From positions 124,001-188,000 of the IMG/VR virus record IMGVR_UViG_3300037042_002125: a DNA stretch of 64,000 bases, one strand, 5' to 3'. The position numbers and the translations under genes were made by a program. The notes under the pieces are model-generated. The model did not search any database and had not been told where the DNA came from. It worked only from the letters and a program-made list of their open reading frames with translations. Shown in pieces: positions 53,411 to 62,302 of the stretch; position 1 is the stretch's first letter; each line of letters starts with the position of its first letter.

Positions 53411-55363
53411 ATGATATTCCAAGTAACAGACGCAGGTCGGCTCCTCCTAGATTCAATGCCAGATGGTGTTGTAATAACACGAGCAGACTTTGGGGATGCT
53501 TTCAACTACTCCTTGCCACCTAACCCAACTGGCCTAACTGGTGCATTGGTTTATAGCGCCAACGTAGTGTGGAATCCACAAATAGTTGATGTGAATACTC
53601 TACGCTATTCTATTCTACTGGCTAACTCTTTACCAAGCTTTGCCTTTGGCGAAGTTGCTCTCTACAGTGACACCACGTTGTTGGGAGTTGCCGTTAATGC
53701 TGTTATGCTTAACAAAATTGGTCCAGTTAGTGGATCAAGTGGACAAACCTTCAAGCTTGATTTCTTTATTGGTAACGCTCCAGGTCAGCAATATGCTGTA
53801 GGTGACGTTATAGGAGATCAACGTGCCTTTGCGCGTCTGCCAGTTCCAGACCTTCTCAAACCTCCTGCTCTCAATGAGACAAATGCCTATGTCATCTATG
53901 GTATTGGTGAGAATGATATTCCGTATTTTGCATTCTCTGATCCAACAGGCAAGTGGAGTTTCAGTTCAAAACCGTCAATCTACATAACAGGTACAATAAG
54001 TGATGTTGGTACGTATGGCCTACAAAGCTTTGATATTACTGGTAGCTACCCAGGGCCAGTAACTGACCTAGTTCTTCAATTTGTATCTGGCACAACTCGC
54101 GGCTACTGCCGTCAAGTATCTTCTATGGTGACAGATGGAATTGTGTGGACAACTCCGATGACTTATCTGCCGTCTGTTGGGGACAGTTTCATAATCCTAG
54201 GTCCCCAAGTGTCTAGTGGCGGTACCATAACCGCCACAGCGGACGACTACGCAGCGTTCTCTTTCAATGGTTCGGCATTGGTAGTACCACAAACCTTTGG
54301 TCACTATGTAAATACCTTTGAGAGTGGTACTAGCACTAGGTTGAGTCATACTAGCCTAACTTCTGCACACTACAATGGAGGAGGTAATACTGCTCTTGGG
54401 TATAGCTCCTTGGCACAAATATCTGTTGGTAACAACAACACAGCAGTTGGCGATCAAGCAATGAGAGATACAGGCGGTGGCGATAACAATACTGTCGTTG
54501 GTGCACAATCGCTTTCTTCTGACGCCTCTGGGGTATCAGGTAATTCTACTTTGGGTTACAACACTTTAAGTTGGTTAACACAGGGCAACAATAACGTTGC
54601 CATAGGGCACTCTGCATTAGCCACAGCAGGTTCCCTTATCGATAACGTTGCAGTTGGGGCGTTTTCCTTAACCAATTTGTTGGGTCAAGGTGCAGGTGCA
54701 GGCAATGGACATCGTAATGTGGCCGTTGGCGCATACTCTTTAACAGGTAGCACTATAGGGGATGACAATACTGCAATAGGTCATAGTGCGGCATACAGTT
54801 CCACCAGTGGGGTTAGAAATACGGCCGTAGGTGGTAAGGCTATGTACAGCGTAACTGTCGGGTATAACAATACTGCCGTTGGTTACTATGCAGGTCAAAA
54901 CCTTACAACAGGTACTAACAATACGTTCCTGGGGTACAATGCTTTGGCGTTAACAGGAACCGCATCTAATACAATTACGTTGGGCAACAGTGCCATAACG
55001 ACGTTGCGTTGCCAGGTTACAACAATTACCGCACTGTCTGATTTTAGGGACAAAACAGACATTATGCCGTTGCAGCAAGGTATAGATTTTGTCATGGGCC
55101 TTAAGCCCGTTAGCTTCACTTGGAATACTAGAGATGGTTCCAAGGTAGGCATTAAAGATAGCGGATTCATTGCACAAGACCTTAAGCAGTCTCAAGATGA
55201 AGTAGGGGCCCAGGACATTTTAAAGTTAGTCTGCGAAGACGACCCTGAACATCTTGAAGCATCTGCTGGTCGCTTGTTGCCAGTCTTGGTAAAGGCTATC
55301 CAGGACCTTACAAACCAAGTCAATAGTCTTAAGGCCGAGTTAGCTATTCTTAAGGGGGCCTAA
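53411..55363 (+). CDS. Second tail fibre / RBP with the same anchor domain and S74-type chaperone, no collagen region
   Basis: First ~265 aa align closely with the long fibre; NNTAVG repeats; SDFRDK...GFIAQD. Confidence 0.88.
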   Translation: MIFQVTDAGRLLLDSMPDGVVITRADFGDAFNYSLPPNPTGLTGALVYSANVVWNPQIVDVNTLRYSILLANSLPSFAFGEVALYSDTTLLGVAVNAVMLNKIGPVSGSSGQTFKLDFFIGNAPGQQYAVGDVIGDQRAFARLPVPDLLKPPALNETNAYVIYGIGENDIPYFAFSDPTGKWSFSSKPSIYITGTISDVGTYGLQSFDITGSYPGPVTDLVLQFVSGTTRGYCRQVSSMVTDGIVWTTPMTYLPSVGDSFIILGPQVSSGGTITATADDYAAFSFNGSALVVPQTFGHYVNTFESGTSTRLSHTSLTSAHYNGGGNTALGYSSLAQISVGNNNTAVGDQAMRDTGGGDNNTVVGAQSLSSDASGVSGNSTLGYNTLSWLTQGNNNVAIGHSALATAGSLIDNVAVGAFSLTNLLGQGAGAGNGHRNVAVGAYSLTGSTIGDDNTAIGHSAAYSSTSGVRNTAVGGKAMYSVTVGYNNTAVGYYAGQNLTTGTNNTFLGYNALALTGTASNTITLGNSAITTLRCQVTTITALSDFRDKTDIMPLQQGIDFVMGLKPVSFTWNTRDGSKVGIKDSGFIAQDLKQSQDEVGAQDILKLVCEDDPEHLEASAGRLLPVLVKAIQDLTNQVNSLKAELAILKGA

Positions 55364-55366
55364 CAC

Positions 55367-55375
55367 TAATTTTAT
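55367..55375 (+). promoter_or_regulatory. TAATTTTAT motif
   Basis: Intergenic, after fibre 2. Confidence 0.45.
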
Positions 55376-55407
55376 TGGTAAACGGGAAACACACTAAGGC
55401 GGTATTT

Positions 55408-55968
55408 ATGGTAACTAAGAGAGACAATGGTGACCCCATAGATACTGGGGATTTCCCAGAGGACTTTGTTCCTTCACAACTAAAACTTGAAGCACTTGTC
55501 TCTCATCCAAGTAGATTTGGAAAAGGGCACGAGCGAGAGTACGAATATGAATCAGACAGCAGGTTCAGATTAGATGCGGAAAACTCTAATACAGAATACT
55601 TGAATGGTGCTGCACCTAATTTTTCTGACCGCAGAGTTGCCAATGATGAAGCTGCTATCTTTCATTTGGTAAAACAAATTCATTCAGACGTAAAACATCT
55701 AGATGGGAAATTAAGCTCTCACATCATAGACGAACCTAAGGATACGGCTAAAGCAATACAAAAGGCAATAACCGAATTGGTTCCTAACGGTGATGTGTCA
55801 AAACACTTTAATAGTCACAAGAGTGCTTTTGATTCTGATGATGCTAATAAAAAAATGTGGCGGGGCATAATAGAAAAAACAGTTGGGGGAGTTATTTGGG
55901 CTGCTTTAGGTTTATTAGCTCTTGCCATATGGGAATACGTAAAGAAGCAATTGGGAGTATCAAAATGA
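55408..55968 (+). CDS. Protein with single C-terminal TM helix (possible holin/antiholin)
   Basis: GGVIWAALGLLALAIWEYVKK TM segment; function is a guess. Confidence 0.45.
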   Translation: MVTKRDNGDPIDTGDFPEDFVPSQLKLEALVSHPSRFGKGHEREYEYESDSRFRLDAENSNTEYLNGAAPNFSDRRVANDEAAIFHLVKQIHSDVKHLDGKLSSHIIDEPKDTAKAIQKAITELVPNGDVSKHFNSHKSAFDSDDANKKMWRGIIEKTVGGVIWAALGLLALAIWEYVKKQLGVSK

Positions 55969-55993
55969 GAAGCAATTGGGAGTATCAAAATGA
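55944..55993 (+). repeat. Perfect 25-bp tandem duplication across a stop/start junction
   Basis: GAAGCAATTGGGAGTATCAAAATGA x2. Confidence 0.95.
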
Positions 55994-56133
55994 GTAGGCA
56001 ATTTAGATATGCGTTGGCAATTTGGCCGTTTGTGCTAGGTCTTTTGATCATATTTGGGTTGTACGAGGAGAACATTATTTCTTCCTTGTTATTGGAGATA
56101 CCTAGCAATATATCAAACGTTATCTCTAAGTAA
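55990..56133 (+). CDS. 47-aa membrane protein (not in ORF track)
   Basis: Manual translation MSRQFRYALAIWPFVLGLLIIFGLYEENIIFSLLLEIPSNISNVISK; GGAG RBS. Confidence 0.55.
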   Translation: MSRQFRYALAIWPFVLGLLIIFGLYEENIISSLLLEIPSNISNVISK

Positions 56134-56139
56134 TTTAAT
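56131..56139 (+). promoter_or_regulatory. TAATTTAAT motif upstream of the small collagen-like gene
   Basis: Overlaps the upstream stop. Confidence 0.5.
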
Positions 56140-56175
56140 GTGTAAATTGTTTTCAACGCCTACAAAGGACAAATC

Positions 56176-56790
56176 ATGCTAATGCTGTTGCAAAAGACTT
56201 TCATGGATGACACAGGTACGCCATATGCGAATTACCCTGTTGTTATCACTGAGTGTGGTTCAAACAATCCTGTTCGCCTGTACACCCAATCAGGGTTGTT
56301 GATGGAACGTTTTGGAAATACAAAAACAGATTCAGACGGAATCATTTCTGTGTATGTGTCAGATGAAAAATTCTATGGCGCAAATCTTTTTAATCCCTCA
56401 AACGGGTTGAAGGTACAAAGTGTATACCGTCTTGACGTTGGTAATGGCGCTGACGTTCGCGTTGGCCCAACTGGCGCAGCCTCTACTGTTACTGGACCTA
56501 CAGGACCGTCTGTCACAGGACCGTCTGTCACAGGTCCCACTGGCGCAGCCTCTACTGTTACTGGACCTACAGGACCGTCTGTCACAGGACCGTCTGTCAC
56601 AGGTCCCACTGGTGCTGACTCAACTGTTCCTGGACCTACAGGTCCTCAAGGTGACTCGTTGACGGGACCCACTGGTGCTGACTCGTCAGTCACGGGACCT
56701 ACAGGTGCCGCAGGCAACGATGGGGCTACTGGCCCGACCGGTGCAGACGGTGTGGCTGGCCCAACAGGCCCAACAGGCGCAGCACCCTGA
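56176..56790 (+). CDS. Small collagen-like (GPT-repeat) virion-type protein
   Basis: ~95-aa beta-rich N-domain, then [18 protein letters not shown] repeats; exact 69-bp tandem repeat at 56470-56612. Confidence 0.8.
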   Translation: MLMLLQKTFMDDTGTPYANYPVVITECGSNNPVRLYTQSGLLMERFGNTKTDSDGIISVYVSDEKFYGANLFNPSNGLKVQSVYRLDVGNGADVRVGPTGAASTVTGPTGPSVTGPSVTGPTGAASTVTGPTGPSVTGPSVTGPTGADSTVPGPTGPQGDSLTGPTGADSSVTGPTGAAGNDGATGPTGADGVAGPTGPTGAAP

Positions 56791-56800
56791 TCTGATGTGA

Positions 56801-56808
56801 TGTAAATA
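56801..56808 (+). promoter_or_regulatory. TGTAAATA motif
   Basis: Upstream of the SprT/TopIB operon. Confidence 0.5.
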
Positions 56809-56883
56809 CTAGGTGGGGTGCAGTTAACTACTGTACTCCACCTTTGTGCGTTATTTGTCGTATACCAACTCAGGAACAATATC

Positions 56884-57747
56884 ATGTCTATACAGGCTTT
56901 ACAGAGAGATGCTGAAGAAGCTTCTTTAAGTCATGGCAGACTGACTGTTGACTCAAGTTCTGGTATCACCCTTCCTCCAGACATAAAATTCAAAACACCT
57001 TTTGCGTTCTGCAAGATATCCCAAGGCAGCACGTTCAAGATGAAATACCTATCTGAGAGGTGGCACTTCTTTAACAAGGAGTTGTTTGGTGGGTCAATGA
57101 CAGAGCCAAAGTTGATTATAACCAAGGCATTTAAGCACATGAAGACCTTGGGGTTCTGGAGACCTTACACAAAAGAGTTATCCATACATCATAAGCTTTT
57201 CACTCTTGATAGTGACAAACAAATTTTAGGTACCCTTGTGCATGAAATGGCACATGAGTACGATTCTGATATCTTGCAAACCCCAATTAGAGAGCGAATG
57301 ATCAAAAAGGGTCATGGTCCTAGCTGGGACGGTATCATGCGGTCTATTGGTCTGCCTGCAGATGCAATGTTTGCAGGGGACTCTGACGAATTGATTGATG
57401 AAGAACAAAAAGAAAATTTGAATATTCGTAGGGGTAAAATCGAGTCACATAACCAAATAACACCCGCGTCCTTTGACGGCAAGCCTTACATACCAGTTAT
57501 GTTCATCAAGGGCAGCGGGACCTTGGAGCCAATGCTACTCCTAGATTCTCAGCTTGTACATGGCGATCCTAATTCAAGCTACAGAGGGTTTACTAAGAAA
57601 GACTTACGGACAGGTTCTTGCTGGTACGTAGACATAGATAACTGTCTTAAGCCTACATCTGCTCAACTTAAAAAGTTCCCTCCTGAGTTTGACACTATAC
57701 GCACTCTTGAGATAGTTAACTACACGTATGAACGGTATAAGCCTTGA
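56884..57747 (+). CDS. SprT-like zinc metalloprotease
   Basis: N...F.G N-motif, TLVHEMAH and HGPSW motifs. Confidence 0.8.
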   Translation: MSIQALQRDAEEASLSHGRLTVDSSSGITLPPDIKFKTPFAFCKISQGSTFKMKYLSERWHFFNKELFGGSMTEPKLIITKAFKHMKTLGFWRPYTKELSIHHKLFTLDSDKQILGTLVHEMAHEYDSDILQTPIRERMIKKGHGPSWDGIMRSIGLPADAMFAGDSDELIDEEQKENLNIRRGKIESHNQITPASFDGKPYIPVMFIKGSGTLEPMLLLDSQLVHGDPNSSYRGFTKKDLRTGSCWYVDIDNCLKPTSAQLKKFPPEFDTIRTLEIVNYTYERYKP

Positions 57748-57786
57748 TAAAGTGCAGGCGAACTAATTCCACTCACTGGAGAGTTT

Positions 57787-58275
57787 ATGTCCAAAGCAAA
57801 TTCACAACCTGAGACAAGTAAATGGGTCCCACCTTTCCAAAGGGCAGACAGCATAACACTTGACGGGTGTCATTACCTTCTAAGTAGGTTCAATAATAAA
57901 TGGGCAGTATTGCACGATGGTGATTGGGCTATTCTCCCCGAAGAAAAGTACATTTTTGTCTACATGGGAAGAGAGACTAATGGACGGAATTCCAAGTGGA
58001 AAGTTATCCGTAAACAAGGTACACCCAGGCTTACATCTAGTAATGACGAAGAAGCAGAACTTAATACCGAAACCTCAGATGGTCTTAAGGACTTCCAAGT
58101 TGTGGCCAACATCAACAAACACAAAGATACCTTGCACATTAGGGCACACAATGCTCGCCATGCTGAGATGATTGCGTTCTGCGAGTTAAGCACTAGAATA
58201 AAATTGTCTGTGGCTACTCTACGGTCTATGTGCCTACCTGATTCGCTAAACATACAATTACAACCAGAAGATTGA
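57787..58275 (+). CDS. Hypothetical protein
   Basis: GGAGAG RBS; 162 aa. Confidence 0.6.
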   Translation: MSKANSQPETSKWVPPFQRADSITLDGCHYLLSRFNNKWAVLHDGDWAILPEEKYIFVYMGRETNGRNSKWKVIRKQGTPRLTSSNDEEAELNTETSDGLKDFQVVANINKHKDTLHIRAHNARHAEMIAFCELSTRIKLSVATLRSMCLPDSLNIQLQPED

Positions 58276-58280
58276 CCATC

Positions 58281-59957
58281 ATGTCCAAAAAAGCTTTTTC
58301 TCGTATCGCAACACTGGCTCGCGTAAAGCCGAAAAGCTTAGATAGTTTCATCTACCTTCTGTATGCAGCATCTGCAGTATTGGCAAAAGACGAGACATTG
58401 CCTAAGCTGGCACAGAACGTCACAGCTAAAGCAAAAGACGCGGCAGAGGTAGATGCAGAGCTTGGAACTAAAATTGTCCCAATGTTGGTTAAGATCGTTA
58501 AGTCAAACGACTATGATGAAGAAGAGCTGTCTAAAGATGTTCGCGAACTGAGAAAAGCAATTCGGCGTGACGTTGATACTGATGCACAGGTCAACCATGA
58601 TCACATTGATATGCTAAAGGCCCTTACTGCCTACATATCAAGCCGTGCTGAAGGTGCTCTGCGTAAGTTAATCAGCTTGGCTCCCCTTACCGAGGCAAAC
58701 GAGCTTATAGATGCTTTGACATTCAAGCCAAACTCGCAAAAGGAATTTCTCAAACCACTCGAAAAGATTGTCAATGCGTTTCACCGCAAGGGTACTACAC
58801 TTACTTCCGAAGAGCAGAAAGTACTCAAAGTCAAGTCTCCGAAGGTGCATAAGGAATATCTGCGGCTTCGCAAGGAGTTCAACAACGTCTGGAAAGATGA
58901 GCTACGCAACCTTATTAACAAGGCAGGTCGGCCAATGACTGACTTCCAGTATGCCCTTGACTACTTGAAAAGCCAAGGCATACATAATCCTTTGCCGCCA
59001 GATTTTGAGGGTAACGTAGATGCCAACGGCAAGTTCTATACCAAGACAGGCAAGCTAATTGCTAACGTACCTGGTGTAGGCTTCAAGATCGTAATGAATC
59101 CGGATTACGATCCCAAAGAAGATAACACCTACGTGTTTACTACTGTCAATGCCGAAGGAAAGGTAAGCCAGCATGTCTACACTACCGAGTACCGCAAGAA
59201 GACAACAGACGTTAAGTTCAAGAAGGTAGACGAGCTAGACGCTGTTATTGATAGCGTCCGCAAGAAGTGGATGAAATACGTCAAACAAGGTGGATCAAGT
59301 GTTCAGGCTGTAGCCAGCACGGTATTAGAGTTGATCTATCAATTTAGTGCTCGTGTAGGTTCAATGGGTAATTCTACTGCTGGTCAAGACACTTATGGCA
59401 TAAGCACGTTGCTATACAAGCAAGTCAAAGCAGGAAAGACTGGTATTCTTATAAAGTACCCAGGTAAGAAGGGCGTTGTCCAGTCTCACCTGTTGCAAGG
59501 CTCTACCGTTGAAGCTAAGTGGTTGATCCGTAACATTAAAGAATGTCTTGTTGATAAAGACCCAACAGACAGAGTGTTTACGTTTGATAACAACGGTAAA
59601 TTGTACCCAGTAACAGGCAATATATCTAACAAGTGGTTTGCCAAACTGGGTTCACCCGTTACAGTACACAAACTTAGGCACGTCAAAGGATCTAGATTGT
59701 TTGCCCAAGAGATTGCTGACAATGACAAGGTTATAAACAACCCCAACAAGCCGTTGAACCAATCTCAAGCAGATGCGTTGTTCAAACAAATGGCTACTAA
59801 GGTAGGTGAGTTGTTAGGTCACGTTACTGGCATTGGTAAACAACAGAAAGTTACGCCAATGACTGCGGTGCAGAACTACATATCACCTGCACTAATGATT
59901 GGTTACTATCAAAGACTCAATTTGAGACCGCCAAAGTTCTTGTCCAAATTTGAGTAA
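58281..59957 (+). CDS. DNA topoisomerase IB with long N-terminal extension
   Basis: Catalytic residues in order: ARVG (R), YGISTL, GKKG (K), HKLRH (R,H), QNYI (Y). Confidence 0.85.
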   Translation: MSKKAFSRIATLARVKPKSLDSFIYLLYAASAVLAKDETLPKLAQNVTAKAKDAAEVDAELGTKIVPMLVKIVKSNDYDEEELSKDVRELRKAIRRDVDTDAQVNHDHIDMLKALTAYISSRAEGALRKLISLAPLTEANELIDALTFKPNSQKEFLKPLEKIVNAFHRKGTTLTSEEQKVLKVKSPKVHKEYLRLRKEFNNVWKDELRNLINKAGRPMTDFQYALDYLKSQGIHNPLPPDFEGNVDANGKFYTKTGKLIANVPGVGFKIVMNPDYDPKEDNTYVFTTVNAEGKVSQHVYTTEYRKKTTDVKFKKVDELDAVIDSVRKKWMKYVKQGGSSVQAVASTVLELIYQFSARVGSMGNSTAGQDTYGISTLLYKQVKAGKTGILIKYPGKKGVVQSHLLQGSTVEAKWLIRNIKECLVDKDPTDRVFTFDNNGKLYPVTGNISNKWFAKLGSPVTVHKLRHVKGSRLFAQEIADNDKVINNPNKPLNQSQADALFKQMATKVGELLGHVTGIGKQQKVTPMTAVQNYISPALMIGYYQRLNLRPPKFLSKFE

Positions 59958-59977
59958 TAAGACTTGACGTTGCAATA

Positions 59978-60022
59978 GAAAAAGGGGCTGTAGACTAAAA
60001 ATCTACAGCCCCTTTGTCGTTT
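59978..60022. terminator. Bidirectional rho-independent terminator
   Basis: Perfect 14-bp stem AAAGGGGCTGTAGA / TCTACAGCCCCTTT with a 7-nt loop, between convergent genes. Confidence 0.88.
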
Positions 60023-60032
60023 GCTTTTCTTG

Positions 60033-60140
60033 TTATGTGACAGCATCTCCAGACAATTTGTTCTCCCACTTGACTATCCTGTACGACAAATATATGGGAA
60101 GCCATACAAGGAGAGCCATGTAAATGTATTCACTCATCAT
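60033..60140 (-). CDS. 35-aa membrane peptide (not in ORF track)
   Basis: MMSEYIYMALLVWLPIYLSYRIVKWENKLSGDAVT; ATGA-coupled to the upstream ORF. Confidence 0.5.
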   Translation of the reverse strand: MMSEYIYMALLVWLPIYLSYRIVKWENKLSGDAVT

Positions 60141-60286
60141 TTCTTTTTCTCATAGAACTGGCGATTCCACATGTCGTAAGCATATCCTGCTATACGTGCC
60201 AACACGTACAGAACAATCAAGACACATACAACGATTATTAGACCGTTATCAAGCATCTCGATGATTCTGGTGAAAGTAGTTCCCAT
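60137..60286 (-). CDS. 49-aa membrane peptide (not in ORF track)
   Basis: MGTTFTRIIEMLDNGLIIVVCVLIVLYVLARIAGYAYDMWNRQFYEKKK; starts 1 nt after the upstream stop. Confidence 0.55.
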   Translation of the reverse strand: MGTTFTRIIEMLDNGLIIVVCVLIVLYVLARIAGYAYDMWNRQFYEKKK

Positions 60287-60287
60287 G

Positions 60288-60650
60288 TCAGGCCTCCTCT
60301 TTACCCTCTACCCCACGCACCATACGCCGTGCAGTCCTTACTTCGAGGTTCACCAACGCTTCTTCCATGTGTTGGATGGCTCGCTGGTTCTCATCGCAGC
60401 CAAATTTAGCATCCAAAAACTTTGTGCGGTGAATCAAGATCGCCAGCAAAGCCTCGTTGGTTAAGCCATTTACTCCAGATTTTGGAACTGGGCCGTATTG
60501 AAACTTGATCAGACATGAATCTTCGCCTAAAGCAACTTCGTAATAGTGTCCAGTTACGTTCGAAATAATCCCACTAGGGAAGAAGGTTCGTCCTGCAATG
60601 GCTGTTACGGTCACCCCATTGTGGTCTTTGTAAATTTGTGGATCTGGCAT
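60288..60650 (-). CDS. tad1: Tad1-like anti-defence sponge protein
   Basis: ATG 60650 with AGGAG RBS; GH.Y.V...IKFQ.GP.....NG...EALL.I...R......F...EN..A..H.EEAL..L..R...R..R.V.G matches the Tad1 pattern as I recall it. Confidence 0.72.
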   Translation of the reverse strand: MPDPQIYKDHNGVTVTAIAGRTFFPSGIISNVTGHYYEVALGEDSCLIKFQYGPVPKSGVNGLTNEALLAILIHRTKFLDAKFGCDENQRAIQHMEEALVNLEVRTARRMVRGVEGKEEA

Positions 60651-60663
60651 GGTGTAGGTTCTC

Positions 60664-61356
60664 CTATTTCTTTCCCATTGATACAAGTGATAAAAATTCA
60701 GCTTTAGCAGTGGTAGTCTTGAACACACCACTCAACTTGGATGTAACCGTATCTGAGCAGGCATCTTCTACCCCACGAGTACGGACGCACATATGTTCTG
60801 CCTCTATCAAGACCGCAACGTGTTCTGTTCCAAGAACAAACTTTAGTGTCTCACATATTTGGCTAGCAAGACGCTCTTGTATCTGCGGACGCCTGCAGAA
60901 AAACTCAACGATACGGTTGATCTTACTCAGGCCCAACACCTTGTCTTTGGCTATGTACGCCACGTGGGCGCAACCAATTATAGGAAGAATGTGATGTTCG
61001 CACGTGGAGTTGACAGTGATATTGCGTTCGAGAACCATCTCGTCTACTTGCATCTTGTTCTCGACAACAGTAGCCTTTGGGAAATTGTCGTAATCTAATC
61101 CCCAGAAGATTTCGTTGAGATACATCTTGGCAACACGCTTGGGAGTATCAGCCAAAGAGTCATCAGACAGATCCATACCTAAAGCCTGCAAGATACCAGT
61201 TACGTGATCTTGGATTGCCTGTAGCTGAACAGATTTTGTAACCTCTGCATTATTGCTCGGAAGCCTTGTCATTGGCGTTTCGATGCCTAGGCTTTTCAAG
61301 TGAGCCTCGACTCTGCCACCCAGGAATACATCTGCTTTTGCGTCGTCAGTTTTCAT
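60664..61356 (-). CDS. folE: GTP cyclohydrolase I
   Basis: [28 protein letters not shown] and HMCVRTRG motifs. Confidence 0.96.
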   Translation of the reverse strand: MKTDDAKADVFLGGRVEAHLKSLGIETPMTRLPSNNAEVTKSVQLQAIQDHVTGILQALGMDLSDDSLADTPKRVAKMYLNEIFWGLDYDNFPKATVVENKMQVDEMVLERNITVNSTCEHHILPIIGCAHVAYIAKDKVLGLSKINRIVEFFCRRPQIQERLASQICETLKFVLGTEHVAVLIEAEHMCVRTRGVEDACSDTVTSKLSGVFKTTTAKAEFLSLVSMGKK

Positions 61357-61373
61357 TGTTATCCTTGTTTAGA

Positions 61374-62294
61374 TTAGGCCATTGAGGCGTATAGATGCAT
61401 TTGGAGACACAGCCGGTAGCCCATATGCAAGGCGTAGTTGGCAGCGTACTCATGGTTTATTTGGTTCTCTTTCTGGTTGAGCAACCCTGGTGTCCAGAAA
61501 CTAATCACTTCGTCTACAGTAGAACGCTCATGCAGGCTAGGTGTGTATGTACCGTCTGCACCCTTCTTTGTAAGCCGCAGGATTTTCGACTGTTGTGGCA
61601 CATCGTTGTAGATGTTCATTGGGGATATATAGATTTCCCTGCCAGTGCGAGCCTTCCATTCTTGAGCCCATTGAGGTACGTTCCAGTACGGGCTGTCAAA
61701 ATCTTGCTTGACAACGAATTTCAAACACTGAACAGAATCTAGAACCTTATCGTTTGGTTTGAGGTACTCAGTAGGTACACCATTCTTCTCGCCACACTTG
61801 GGACTACATACAAACGTAACAAAGTCTGGCACTCTCGTGTTGAGCAAACCATTGCTTTCGATTTGGACATGCTTGTATGCAAACTGTTGCCGCATCAAGA
61901 ACTCATACAAGTTATCTTGCAGCAAAGGCTCTCCACCAGTGACGACCAATATGCAGCCGTAAGGCCCAAGCTTTCTGTCAAACTTTGTTTCCTTATCAAA
62001 GCTCTTAGGCAATACCCAAAGAGGTGCAGGAGTCCCGCCTTCATTCCAGTGATCGCATATGGTAGCGTAGGCTTTCGCCTCTATTTGCTCGTAGGTAAGC
62101 CAGTCACCTTGGTCAAAGAACGTGTCGCAGAAGTGACAATTGAGATTGCACTTAGCAAGACGTATGAACAAGGCAGGCATTCCTGCATAAGGTCCCTCGC
62201 CTTGTATTGTGAAAAACATGCTCGTCACGTACAGGGAATTCGCGGGTGCGTCTTTGAAGAACTTCTTGCCAGTTATTTCGTTAGTTCCAAACAT
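61374..62294 (-). CDS. queE: 7-carboxy-7-deazaguanine synthase (radical SAM)
   Basis: FFTIQGEGPYAG, CNLNCHFCDT, TGGEP, ESNG, SPK and QMH motifs. Confidence 0.93.
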   Translation of the reverse strand: MFGTNEITGKKFFKDAPANSLYVTSMFFTIQGEGPYAGMPALFIRLAKCNLNCHFCDTFFDQGDWLTYEQIEAKAYATICDHWNEGGTPAPLWVLPKSFDKETKFDRKLGPYGCILVVTGGEPLLQDNLYEFLMRQQFAYKHVQIESNGLLNTRVPDFVTFVCSPKCGEKNGVPTEYLKPNDKVLDSVQCLKFVVKQDFDSPYWNVPQWAQEWKARTGREIYISPMNIYNDVPQQSKILRLTKKGADGTYTPSLHERSTVDEVISFWTPGLLNQKENQINHEYAANYALHMGYRLCLQMHLYASMA

Positions 62295-62302
62295 GGTTCA
62301 TC

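Noticed and set aside
60288-60650. Acb2/Vs.4 assignment
   Set aside because: The motif pattern fits Tad1 rather than the Acb2 sequence as I recall it.
60651-60731. Longer 147-aa start for the Tad1-like ORF given in the track
   Set aside because: It overlaps folE; ATG 60650 has a well-spaced AGGAG RBS.
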